Shown: piece after piece, positions 44,778 to 52,700 of the stretch
How the letters are laid out: every line of letters starts with the position of its first letter
Numbering within the stretch: the stretch's first letter is position 1
Source: a virus
Lineage: Duplodnaviria > Heunggongvirae > Uroviricota > Caudoviricetes
Strand: one strand, 5' to 3'
DNA length: 64,000 bases
Virus record (IMG/VR): IMGVR_UViG_3300046656_000613
Span: 30,167 to 94,166 of that record
Translations under genes and position numbers: made by a program
The notes under the pieces: generated by a model
Told to the model about the DNA's origin: nothing
The model's database searches: none
What the model saw: the letters and a program-made list of their open reading frames with translations, nothing else

Positions 44778-45389
44778 TTAGGCTGGGCTGGGACGCGCCA
44801 GCCCGTCGAGCAGACCACGAACAACTTGTTGCCACCATGAGCCGCCCGCTACGGCGCTGACCGCGGCGACAGGCTTGGATGGCGCGGGAGCCGGCGCCGT
44901 GAGAAGCTGGGCGACACCGCGCATGAATAGCGCAGCCTCATCCTTGCGCCGGGACAGCAGCCCGGTGAGCACCCGGCCGCCGCCGATTTTGTAGCGGCAG
45001 AACGCCTCGGTGCAGCCGCTCCACTCGCGCGCATTGATGCGGCGCGCCAGGGTGGATTTGGCGAAGGCGCCGGTGCCGATATTATAGGCCAGCGAGATGC
45101 AGGCGGCGCGCATCCAGGGATGCATGGGCACCTTGATCGCGCGATCGACGCAATCGGCATAGGTCTGAAGTTGGCGCAGCAGGAGCTGCCGGCCCACCTC
45201 CTTGGTGATCGCGTCGTCGGAGAGCTTCACCTTGCGCCCGTCGGTCCAGTATGTCGTGCCGAATCCGATGGTCGGCACCTTCGCCGGGCACAGATACGGC
45301 TTCGCCCGGCCGTCGGGAAGGGCCTTGTGCCAGCCCTCCCATTTTTCGCACAGGGCGACACCTTCGGTCGGGGTTGCCGCGCCAGCCAT
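44778..45389 (-). CDS. phage lysozyme (GH24 endolysin)
   Basis: CEKWEGWHKALPDGRAKPYLCPAKVPTIGFGTT is a lambda R / T4 E-type catalytic motif. Confidence 0.8.
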   Translation of the reverse strand: MAGAATPTEGVALCEKWEGWHKALPDGRAKPYLCPAKVPTIGFGTTYWTDGRKVKLSDDAITKEVGRQLLLRQLQTYADCVDRAIKVPMHPWMRAACISLAYNIGTGAFAKSTLARRINAREWSGCTEAFCRYKIGGGRVLTGLLSRRKDEAALFMRGVAQLLTAPAPAPSKPVAAVSAVAGGSWWQQVVRGLLDGLARPSPA

Positions 45390-45877
45390 TACGCTACCGC
45401 CATCTTCTTCGAGCTGGCCACCGCGCGGGCGCCGAACATGAAGCCGATCACCGCCTGGACGGCCTCGGAGAACAGCGCGATCAGCGAGGTGCCGAAGGCG
45501 TCGTTATGCACGAGGCCGAAGCTGTAGCCGCACAGGCCGACGGCGAACATGAACACGAAGATCAGCGCCGTCATCGGGCGGATCAGCGCGTTGAAGCCGT
45601 CGATCCAGGCGATGCCGGTGTGATAAGAACCCTGGACGGTGATTGCCGTGATAAGCTGCTCCTTGGCCGCGGAAACCTCGGCGCGGAAGGAGTCCTCGCG
45701 GCTCTCCTCCAGCTTGGCCGACACTTCCATTTTGGCGCGCTCCAGGGCGAGCTGATGGTTGAGGGTGGTGAATTCGATTTCGCGCTTATGCGCGCGGCTT
45801 TCCTTGAACTCCTTGAGGAGATCCGGGGCAAGGCCCGACAGGATGCCCGTCACTGCGCTAACCAGTGCCGTAATCAT
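45389..45877 (-). CDS. holin-like membrane protein
   Basis: Two C-terminal TM helices; stop-start ATGA overlap with the lysozyme gene. Confidence 0.45.
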   Translation of the reverse strand: MITALVSAVTGILSGLAPDLLKEFKESRAHKREIEFTTLNHQLALERAKMEVSAKLEESREDSFRAEVSAAKEQLITAITVQGSYHTGIAWIDGFNALIRPMTALIFVFMFAVGLCGYSFGLVHNDAFGTSLIALFSEAVQAVIGFMFGARAVASSKKMAVA

Positions 45878-45954
45878 GCTTGCATTCTCCGTTGCGTGGT
45901 GCTATGAAGTGGTCTCGGCGCAGTGCCGATAGCTCTTTGACATTTGAAAATTTT

Positions 45955-46029
45955 GCTGGGGTAGCTCAGTGGTAGAGCGTCGCGTTGAAGGCGCGAGCGT
46001 CGGTGGTTCAACCCCATCCCCCAGCACCA
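45955..46029 (+). tRNA. tRNA-Phe (GAA)
   Basis: Perfect acceptor GCTGGGG/CCCCAGC; anticodon stem TCGCG/CGCGA with loop TTGAAGG; CCA encoded. Confidence 0.85.
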
Positions 46030-46031
46030 AT

Positions 46032-46106
46032 TGGCATGAAGCACAGCGGTTGTGCATCTGGCTGTTAACCAGGGGGCCGCAGGTTCGAATCCTGCCTTGC
46101 CAGCCA
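46032..46106 (+). tRNA. tRNA-Asn (GTT)
   Basis: Anticodon stem TCTGG/CCAGG with loop CTGTTAA; T-loop TTCGAAT; one U:U in the acceptor. Confidence 0.7.
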
Positions 46107-46111
46107 TATTC

Positions 46112-46185
46112 GGGGATATAGCTCAGTGGCAGAGCATTGCTCTTGCAAAGCAACGACCGGGGTTCGATTCCCCGTTTCTCCACCA
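46112..46185 (+). tRNA. tRNA-Ala (TGC)
   Basis: G3:U70 wobble present; anticodon loop CTTGCAA. Confidence 0.75.
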
Positions 46186-46190
46186 AATTC

Positions 46191-46264
46191 GGGAGTGTAG
46201 CTTAGTGGTAAAGCGGCGGTCTCCAAAACCGCTGGCCGCGGTTCGATTCCGCGCTCTCCCGCCA
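46191..46264 (+). tRNA. tRNA-Trp (CCA)
   Basis: Anticodon stem GCGGT/ACCGC with loop CTCCAAA. Confidence 0.7.
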
Positions 46265-46265
46265 T

Positions 46266-46340
46266 GGTCCCTTCGTCTAAAGGTCAGGATTGCGCACTTT
46301 CACTGCGCCGGTGTCGGGTTCGAGTCCCACAGGGATCACC
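46266..46340 (+). tRNA. tRNA-Glu (TTC)-like, weak T-stem
   Basis: Resembles enterobacterial tRNA-Glu (GTCCCTTCGTCTA...); anticodon loop CTTTCAC; T-stem only 3 bp. Confidence 0.5.
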
Positions 46341-46448
46341 AAAGTTAGCTGTGTCGTGGTCCGCGAAAGCCTGGACGGGCACTGGCGGAGAACGGCAAGC
46401 GGTTAGCAGCCACGAGGCTGCGCAAGCAAGCTGTTCCCGCCCCGGATT

Positions 46449-46522
46449 GCGAATGTAGCTTAATGGTAGAGCAGGGCGTTGCCAACGCTCAGACGCGAGT
46501 TCGATTCTCGCCCTTCGCTCCA
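46449..46522 (+). tRNA. tRNA-Gly (GCC)
   Basis: Anticodon loop TTGCCAA; T-arm GCGAGTTCGATTCTCGC. Confidence 0.7.
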
Positions 46523-46528
46523 GTTTCC

Positions 46529-46603
46529 GCGAACATAGCTCAGCGGCAGAGCGCCACGCTTCCAACGTGGGCGTCGGGAGTTCGATCCTCCCTGTTCGCT
46601 CCA
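46529..46603 (+). tRNA. tRNA-Gly (TCC)
   Basis: Perfect acceptor GCGAACA/TGTTCGC; anticodon stem CACGC/GCGTG with loop TTCCAAC. Confidence 0.8.
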
Positions 46604-46610
46604 AACTTAT

Positions 46611-46713
46611 GCGGGAATAGTGTAAAGCGCACGCCGGTTAACCGGAAGTACGGTATAGATGGTCAATCCGCGGTAGCGGCCATCGTCGGGGCGGTTCCCC
46701 GTTTCCCGCTCCA
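46611..46713 (+). tRNA. atypical 103-nt tRNA-like element (perfect acceptor GCGGGAA/TTCCCGC plus CCA)
   Basis: Acceptor pairing and CCA present but the body is too long and the T-arm non-canonical; possible intron-containing gene or pseudo-tRNA. Confidence 0.35.
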
Positions 46714-46718
46714 GTCAT

Positions 46719-46796
46719 GCCCCCGTAGCTCAGTGGAACAAGAGCGCTGGCCTACGAAGCCGGATGTCGCAGGTTCGAATCCTGCCGGGGGCTCCA
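46719..46796 (+). tRNA. tRNA-Arg (ACG)
   Basis: Perfect acceptor GCCCCCG/CGGGGGC; anticodon loop CTACGAA. Confidence 0.8.
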
Positions 46797-46854
46797 ATAT
46801 CGCACCAGGATCTACTTGTCGTCAACAAGTATTGGTGCTATATATTACTACAGT

Positions 46855-46931
46855 GCCCCTCTGGGCAAATGGTAAAGTCGCTGGACCCAGACTCCAGAGT
46901 TATCCCGGTTCGAGTCCGGGGAGGGGCACCA
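46855..46931 (+). tRNA. tRNA with anticodon CAG (Leu-type) but a short variable arm
   Basis: Perfect acceptor GCCCCTC/GAGGGGC; anticodon stem CTGGA/TCCAG with loop CCCAGAC (C33 unusual); class-I length. Confidence 0.45.
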
Positions 46932-46936
46932 CTCTC

Positions 46937-47013
46937 GCGCGGGTGGGCAAACGGTAAAGTCGCTGCCTTGAGGTGGCAGAGCACTGCGGGTTCGAATCCC
47001 GCTCCGCGCACCA
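46937..47013 (+). tRNA. tRNA with anticodon GAG (Leu-type) but a short variable arm
   Basis: Anticodon stem CTGCC/GGCAG with loop TTGAGGT (U33, G37); T-arm GCGGGTTCGAATCCCGC; 77 nt. Confidence 0.5.
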
Positions 47014-47017
47014 ATAC

Positions 47018-47094
47018 GGACCCGTCGCCAAGTGGTTTACGGCACCTGACTCTTAATCAGGCATGCGCTGGTTCGAATCCAGCCGGGTCTACCA
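47018..47094 (+). tRNA. tRNA-Lys (CTT)
   Basis: Anticodon stem CCTGA/TCAGG with loop CTCTTAA. Confidence 0.8.
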
Positions 47095-47101
47095 TTCTTA
47101 C

Positions 47102-47190
47102 GGGCTCTTTTCCCTTCGGCGGGCTGTAAACCCGTTGGCTATGAAATAGAGGGGTCGGTGCCGAGCAGTTCAAATCTGCGGGAGCCCACC
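47102..47190 (+). tRNA. tRNA-Tyr (GTA)-like, type II length, aberrant D-arm
   Basis: Anticodon loop CTGTAAA identical to bacterial tRNA-Tyr; acceptor GGGCTCT/GGAGCCC pairs; 89 nt; D-arm cannot be folded confidently. Confidence 0.4.
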
Positions 47191-47219
47191 ATTCACGGAA
47201 ACCAAAGGCGAGAACTAAC

Positions 47220-48161
47220 ATGAGACAAATCTCTGACGGCGGCCCGAGCGGACAAGGCAGCAGCCTGATGCTCGGCGGCTGGCTGACCATCGGCGCGGTG
47301 GTGGTCAGCATCCTGATCGCATTCTGGAGCTATTACACCGTGGACGCCGGCCATGTGGCGGTGATCAAGCGCTTCGGCGCGGTGCAAGAGGGCTATTACG
47401 GCCCCGGCCTGCATTTCAAGAACCCGCTGCTCGACAGCGTGGTCCACGTCAACACTCAGCTCAGCAGCGTCGAGGCCAAGGCCGGCGCCGCCTCCAAGGA
47501 CATGCAGGTTGTCACCACCGAGGTGAGCGTGCCTTATTACCTGCAAGACCCGCAGGTGCCGACGATGATCAATGCGCTCGGCTCGCGCGAGGTGCTGGCC
47601 AAGAGCGTCCTGGCGACCGCCATTCAGGAGTCCGTCAAGAGCGCCACGGCCGGCTATACGGCCGAGGAGCTGCTCACCCGGCGCAATGAGGTGAAAGCCA
47701 AGATCGTCTCCGGCATCGTCGCCTACGTCAACGACACCCTGCGCGCCAAGAAAATCGAAGGGCTGGTCGGCATCGCCAATGTCGGCATCACCGACTTCGA
47801 CTTCTCCCCCGACTTCAACAAGGCCATCGAACAGAAGGTCCGCATGCAGCAGGACGCTCTGCGCGCCGAGATCGAGAAGACCAAGCGCATCACCGAGGCC
47901 GAGGCGAAATTTGCCGAAGCGAAGCTGAGTGCCGACGGCGAAGCCTACAAGACCAAGACCGAGGCGGAAGCCCGGATCTTCGCGATCGAGGGCGAGGGCA
48001 AGGCGATCCGCGAGAACCCCGGCATCGTGCCGCTGCGTATCGCCGAACGCTGGGATGGCACTCTGCCGAAATATAACAGCTCGACACTGCCCATGTTCAT
48101 GATGCAGGCTGAGCCCGAGACCGCCACACCGACGTCGCCGACGCGCGCGGCCACCCGGTAG
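47220..48161 (+). CDS. SPFH/band-7 (prohibitin/HflK-like) membrane protein
   Basis: N-terminal TM then GHVAVIKRFGAV...GLHFKNPLLDSVVHVNTQ... SPFH core and a coiled-coil C-terminus; embedded in the tRNA array. Confidence 0.8.
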   Translation: MRQISDGGPSGQGSSLMLGGWLTIGAVVVSILIAFWSYYTVDAGHVAVIKRFGAVQEGYYGPGLHFKNPLLDSVVHVNTQLSSVEAKAGAASKDMQVVTTEVSVPYYLQDPQVPTMINALGSREVLAKSVLATAIQESVKSATAGYTAEELLTRRNEVKAKIVSGIVAYVNDTLRAKKIEGLVGIANVGITDFDFSPDFNKAIEQKVRMQQDALRAEIEKTKRITEAEAKFAEAKLSADGEAYKTKTEAEARIFAIEGEGKAIRENPGIVPLRIAERWDGTLPKYNSSTLPMFMMQAEPETATPTSPTRAATR

Positions 48162-48168
48162 CAAGACT

Positions 48169-48243
48169 GGTTCTGTAGCTCAGCGGTAGAGCGTGCGCCA
48201 TATAAGCGCTTGGTCCCAGGTTCGATCCCTGGCAGAACTACCA
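48169..48243 (+). tRNA. tRNA with anticodon loop CATATAA (Ile- or Met-like, unresolved)
   Basis: Acceptor GGTTCTG/CAGAACT; T-arm CCAGGTTCGATCCCTGG; coordinates adjusted +1 to match the ORF track. Confidence 0.5.
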
Positions 48244-48246
48244 GAC

Positions 48247-48322
48247 GGTCCCGTAGCTCAATGGACAGAGCGCCGGCTTCCGAAGCCGAAGGTTGCAGGT
48301 TCGAGTCCTGCCGGGATCGCCA
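48247..48322 (+). tRNA. tRNA-Arg (CCG)
   Basis: Anticodon loop TTCCGAA; T-arm GCAGGTTCGAGTCCTGC. Confidence 0.7.
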
Positions 48323-48339
48323 TCAATCAGGAGAGACGC

Positions 48340-48549
48340 ATGACCACGCAGCGCGTGCGGGGCAAGACGGAACGCAGTTGGACATGGCGCGTCTTCAAGC
48401 GCTATGCGCTTCTGGACAATTCCAGGATCTTCTTTGCGATTGTTGCCCGGTTTCCGCCCCGGCGCGATCTGTGGTGCTGGCTCCATCGTTGGCCGGAGGG
48501 CATCGACATCAGGGTGTGGCCGGTCGATTTATTTATTAAGCGCGCCTAG
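48340..48549 (+). CDS. small hypothetical protein (69 aa) inside the tRNA array
   Basis: ATG after SD CAGGAGAG; Trp/Arg-rich. Confidence 0.3.
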   Translation: MTTQRVRGKTERSWTWRVFKRYALLDNSRIFFAIVARFPPRRDLWCWLHRWPEGIDIRVWPVDLFIKRA

Positions 48550-48615
48550 CCCAACGGGAGAGGCAACACCGTTAAGCCGTGTAAAGTGTCAGTTCGAATC
48601 TGACGGCGCGTACCA
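48540..48615 (+). tRNA. tRNA with anticodon TAA (Leu-type) but class-I length
   Basis: Acceptor GCGCGCC/GGCGCGT; anticodon loop GTTAAGC; T-arm GTCAGTTCGAATCTGAC; 76 nt. Confidence 0.45.
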
Positions 48616-48619
48616 AATA

Positions 48620-48696
48620 AGGTGTGGGAGCCAGACGGCAGCGGCGCTTGGTTGCAACCCAAGAGATAGCCGGTTCAATTCCGGCCCACACTTCCA
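48620..48696 (+). tRNA. tRNA-Cys (GCA)
   Basis: Perfect anticodon stem CTTGG/CCAAG with loop TTGCAAC. Confidence 0.75.
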
Positions 48697-48788
48697 AAAT
48701 CGCAGTTAGAGGGTCGCGCCCTGTCGGGTTTCTGGGCGGTTCTGGCAAGCAATCCTCTATGCAAAGCTGGCTCGGGGCGCTGCGATAC

Positions 48789-48825
48789 GCTCTTGACACG
48801 TTTCGCTATGCAATATATGGTTCTG
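48789..48825 (+). promoter_or_regulatory. sigma70-like promoter (CTTGACA, 16-17 nt, TATATG) inside the tRNA array
   Basis: Good -35/-10 with canonical spacing, upstream of tRNA-Asp. Confidence 0.4.
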
Positions 48826-48948
48826 TTGTCCCCGGCTCGCATGGGCGCGGTGCACCGGATTTGCGTAGCCCTAGCCTTGTGCCTACAATATGGCCGTAAA
48901 CATGATAAGCCGGCTGAGGAAGCATAGTAAACCGGGGGCACCCCTTAT

Positions 48949-49023
48949 GGTCTGTTAGCTCAGTGGTAGAGCGCCGGCTTGTCACGTCGTAGGTCGCGGG
49001 TTCAATTCCCGCACAGATCGCCA
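48949..49023 (+). tRNA. tRNA-Asp (GTC)
   Basis: Anticodon loop TTGTCAC; T-arm GCGGGTTCAATTCCCGC. Confidence 0.8.
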
Positions 49024-49025
49024 AT

Positions 49026-49102
49026 GGTCCCGTAGCTCAGTTGGTAGAGCGCCCGTTTTACATGCGGAAGGTCGCAGGTTCAAATCCGTGCCGGGACTAC
49101 CA
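49026..49102 (+). tRNA. tRNA-Val (TAC), bulged T-stem
   Basis: Anticodon loop TTTACAT; acceptor GGTCCCG/CGGGACT. Confidence 0.6.
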
Positions 49103-49107
49103 TTTTC

Positions 49108-49182
49108 GCCCTTGTAGCTCATCGGCAGAGCACGTCATTGGTGATGACGGGGCAGCAGGTTCAATTCCTGCCTGGGGCACCA
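49108..49182 (+). tRNA. tRNA-Thr (GGT)
   Basis: Perfect anticodon stem CGTCA/TGACG with loop TTGGTGA. Confidence 0.7.
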
Positions 49183-49198
49183 TTATAGGAGTGGAGTT

Positions 49199-49471
49199 AT
49201 GGCAGCGGCAGCGGTCACATGTAGAGCATTTCTTGAAGCCAGACCGGGCATCAGCGTCATTGATCTCGCAACCGAGGCTGTTGCCGATCACATCGAGAAG
49301 AACGGCTGCGCCTTTGAGGACAACGCCCCGGCTCGCGCCGTTGAGCTGCTCGGAATCGACCCACACAGCGTGGCGACGGCGCTTCCGCCCGAGATTTTGA
49401 AGCGCCTTGAAGATGCGCTGGAAGACATGGAGACATATTGTCCCCACCGGACGCTTGGCCAAGTGGCTTAA
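49199..49471 (+). CDS. small hypothetical protein (90 aa) whose 3' end overlaps tRNA-Lys
   Basis: SD AGGAGTGGAG before the ATG; overlaps the next tRNA by about 23 nt. Confidence 0.3.
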   Translation: MAAAAVTCRAFLEARPGISVIDLATEAVADHIEKNGCAFEDNAPARAVELLGIDPHSVATALPPEILKRLEDALEDMETYCPHRTLGQVA

Positions 49472-49525
49472 GGCACCCGACTTTTAATCGGAAGATCCTG
49501 GGTTCGAATCCCAGAGCGTCCACCA
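49449..49525 (+). tRNA. tRNA-Lys (TTT)
   Basis: Perfect acceptor GGACGCT/AGCGTCC; anticodon loop CTTTTAA. Confidence 0.75.
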
Positions 49526-49526
49526 T

Positions 49527-49600
49527 GGTCTCGTAGCTCAACGGTAGAGCATCCGACCGATAATCGGCCGACCGTGGTTCAACTCCACGCGAGACTACCA
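49527..49600 (+). tRNA. tRNA-Ile (GAT)
   Basis: Anticodon loop CCGATAA; T-arm CGTGGTTCAACTCCACG. Confidence 0.65.
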
Positions 49601-49602
49601 TC

Positions 49603-49679
49603 GGCCCCGTAGTTCAATGGAATAGAACGCCCGTCTTCTAAGCGGGATGTTGCGGGTTCGACTCCTGCCGGGGCCACCA
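49603..49679 (+). tRNA. tRNA-Arg (TCT)
   Basis: Perfect acceptor GGCCCCG/CGGGGCC; anticodon loop CTTCTAA. Confidence 0.8.
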
Positions 49680-49689
49680 ATAAGCGGTT

Positions 49690-49742
49690 AGTGGGGGATG
49701 AGCAGCGCAACTTGATGCTCCACTGTAACAAGATCCCCCACT
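49690..49742. terminator. large hairpin (AGTGGGGGAT...ATCCCCCACT) between convergent transcription units
   Basis: 10-bp GC-rich stem with an inner stem; lies between the end of the tRNA array and the stop of the giant minus-strand gene. Confidence 0.4.
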
Positions 49743-49768
49743 AGGTAAGGCGAGGGCGCGCGCCGCTC

Positions 49769-52700
49769 CTATTCCCCGATCACCGGACCATACAGATCGC
49801 TGACGTCGGCATCCTTGCGCTGGCTATTGATGCGCTCGCGCACCTTGCCCCAGACCTTGGCGAGGTGCTTGCCGTCCTGGACCTTCTCCTTCTTCATCCG
49901 GCGCAGCATCTCATCATAGACTTCCGGGGCGCCGGCTTTGAGCACCTTCAGCCGGGCGTCCACATCCATCAGCTTCTGCTGGCCCCAGCCGTCGATCCCC
50001 ATGATCTGGAGGGCGTTCTGGGCCATGCCCTTGCGAATGTGCGCAATCTCATTGCGGGCAAAGCGCATCTGCTCGCGGTCCATCTTCTTGCGCGCCTCGC
50101 CCTTCTCGTCCTTGTCCTGGATCAGCTCGCCGGTGACGATCTCCTTCATGATCGCGTTGGTGATCTTGACGGATTCGCTGGCGTTGATCATCGGATGCAG
50201 ATTGCGATATTTGCCCTTGGTGCGGCCCTTGAAGTCATTCTCCAGCACCGCGAAGGCGCGCTGATCCGGGTTAATCTGGCCGAGGAATTCCGAGGCCCGA
50301 ATGCTGTTCTCACCGCCCGAGTCGATCATCTTTTTGTAGGTGTTCGAGGCCGAGTGGAATGAGCGCGCGTCCTCGCTGACCGTATCCCAGAACCACTTGT
50401 TCAGCCCCTCGCCGTCGGTCATCATATTGTAGAACTTCGACAGCGAGTTCGAGGTTTTGCCTGCATTGTAAGTGAACCGGCGCGCCACCGGGTATTCTGC
50501 GATCGACGGCATCGGCCCCTCGCCAAGCGCCGCATCCAGGCCAGACGCTGCGTCCTGGCCCACCGAGGTGGTCAGATTGCGGATCAGGAAGTCCGCATAA
50601 TACGGCGACATGTTGAGCGCTTCGCCGATCTGCTTGGCCGCCCATGAGGTGTACGGGCCGAACTGCTGCTGACGCTCAACCTCCTCGGGGCCTTTCTCCC
50701 AGATCGGCACGATGTCGTTGCCGGAATACATATCCTTTCCTGACGCGAAACCATAAACCAGATCCAGCGCCGAGATCGAATGCGGCGGCAGCAGCGTGGT
50801 GAAGAAGTCGCTGACCATGCCGGCCGCCGCGCGCGGATCGTGATCGACCAGATAGTCCCAGCTCCGCTCGACCGCATTGGCGAACCATGCGATTTCGAAG
50901 GGCTTGGGAATGCGCATCATCCAATCGGTCTTCTCATCCTCGCCGGCCAGGAAGACGCGCATGTCTTTGGGCAGCAGGTACAGCACGCCATTGAGCGACA
51001 GCCGCCAATGGGTGGCGCGCACGCTGTCCGGCACCTCCTTCATGTCGTCATCGTCGGCACCCAGCATGCAGAACAGCAGCGACAGGCCGCCGAGCACGAC
51101 GGTGGAGATCATCCACGCCTTGCCGGCCTGCCCGAGCGCGCGCTGCTCATTGACCGACAGCGGCAGGCCACGGCTGTGCCGATCCCAGATCTGGATCAGG
51201 TTGCCGTAGTCATTGGCGCCGGTCATGGTCTTGGCATATTTGTAGACACCCTGGAGCGCGGCATTGAAGAACGGGATGACGCGCCGGAAGGCTTCGGTTT
51301 TTGAGCCGTGCTGGCTGAAGTCCATCACGTCATGAGCGTAGTGCCCGGCCTCGATCGCCGCCTCGAACTCGGTCATGCCGTCGGCCTGGGCAGATAGCAT
51401 GGCGTTGCGGAAGATGCCAACGCGGGTGGCGGTCTCAGAGAATTCGCCAACCTGGAACACCAGCTTGACCAGATCCTTGATGCTACGCGGCACCCGCACA
51501 TTGAAGCCGCGCAAGCGCAGCCCCTCGATGTCGCGCTGGATCGACTGATCCGTGAGCGAGGCGTGGCCGGCGCCACCCATCATGCCGGCGTAGCGGTTAT
51601 ACAGATGCAGATAGGGTCCGCCGCGGACGATCTCGCGCATGCCGCGCGCCTGGGTGAGAAATGGCCGAGCATAGGGCGAGTTCACCCAGGACGCGATCGA
51701 GTCGGTGATGATGTTGCGGATCATGAAGCCGAACGAGAAGGTCACGCCGGTGCGCACCACGCTGGTGGTGATGGCCATGGCGTCCATAAGCTGACCCATA
51801 TTGCGCTGGCCGACGGCAGTCAGACCCTCGAACATCATCTGCCCGAGCGTGCCATCGGGGAGCTGCGCCGGGATCGGCTTGCCGTTCTCGAAGAACCAGA
51901 CGATCTTCTCGCCCTTCTCATTGGCCTGCGCCTGGGTGAACATGGTCGTGACCACGTTCTGGCCGATCTGGGTCTCGACATTGGCGAGCATGATCGCAGT
52001 GTCCTGCGCCGTCATGCCGGCCGCGCGCGCCGCCTGCCGGAGCTGCTCGCGAATCCGCACTTCGACCGCCCGTGCCTCGGTGGGCGGCAGCCGCTCGAAG
52101 ATCTCGTTGCCCGCCTGCCCGGCCTGCCGGGCGATGCGATCCATAGCGCGCAGCGTGTCATTGATCGCGGCGCGCAGCCGGATCTCGAACATGGTCTGCA
52201 CTGTGGACTGGATCGGGTTGATGATATCGCGCATCGAGCCTTCGAGCTGGCGATAGACATCATACTTATTGATCTTGTCGCGCCCACGTCCCGGCCGCTT
52301 CGAGGTGGCATCCGTGCCATCCACCGTCTCGCGATCGGACATGTTGCGCTGGAACGGACAGTAATCCCGGTCCTGCTGGTACTCATTGCGCTCATCGAGG
52401 GTGATCAGACCCTTCTCGTACATCAGCTCGATGATGTCTTTGTTGAAGCGATAATACAGCTCGGCCGCCTGCCGGAACTGCGGGTTCTGTTGCTCATGGC
52501 GCAGCAGCCGATTGAGGTGCTCATACAGCGCCTCGGCGGTCGGTGGATTGGCCAGATCCGAGACGGTGTTGGTCGGCAGCCGCTGGAGCAGGAATGCCAT
52601 CTGCGGGTTGGCGGCCACGAACTGCTGGATCTGCACACGGAACTGCGGCCGATAGCGGACATAGAGCAGGATCGCGCGCCGGCTGATCAGATAGTCGCCG

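Noticed and set aside
44102-44824. 240-aa minus-strand ORF
   Set aside because: It overlaps the lysozyme 3' end and a better-formed 103-aa gene in another frame; it is probably a read-through artefact, although a short C-terminal TM-encoding portion (44102-44300) could be a separate small gene.
47193-48164. 323-aa minus-strand ORF
   Set aside because: It is antisense to the SPFH gene, which has clear domain content.
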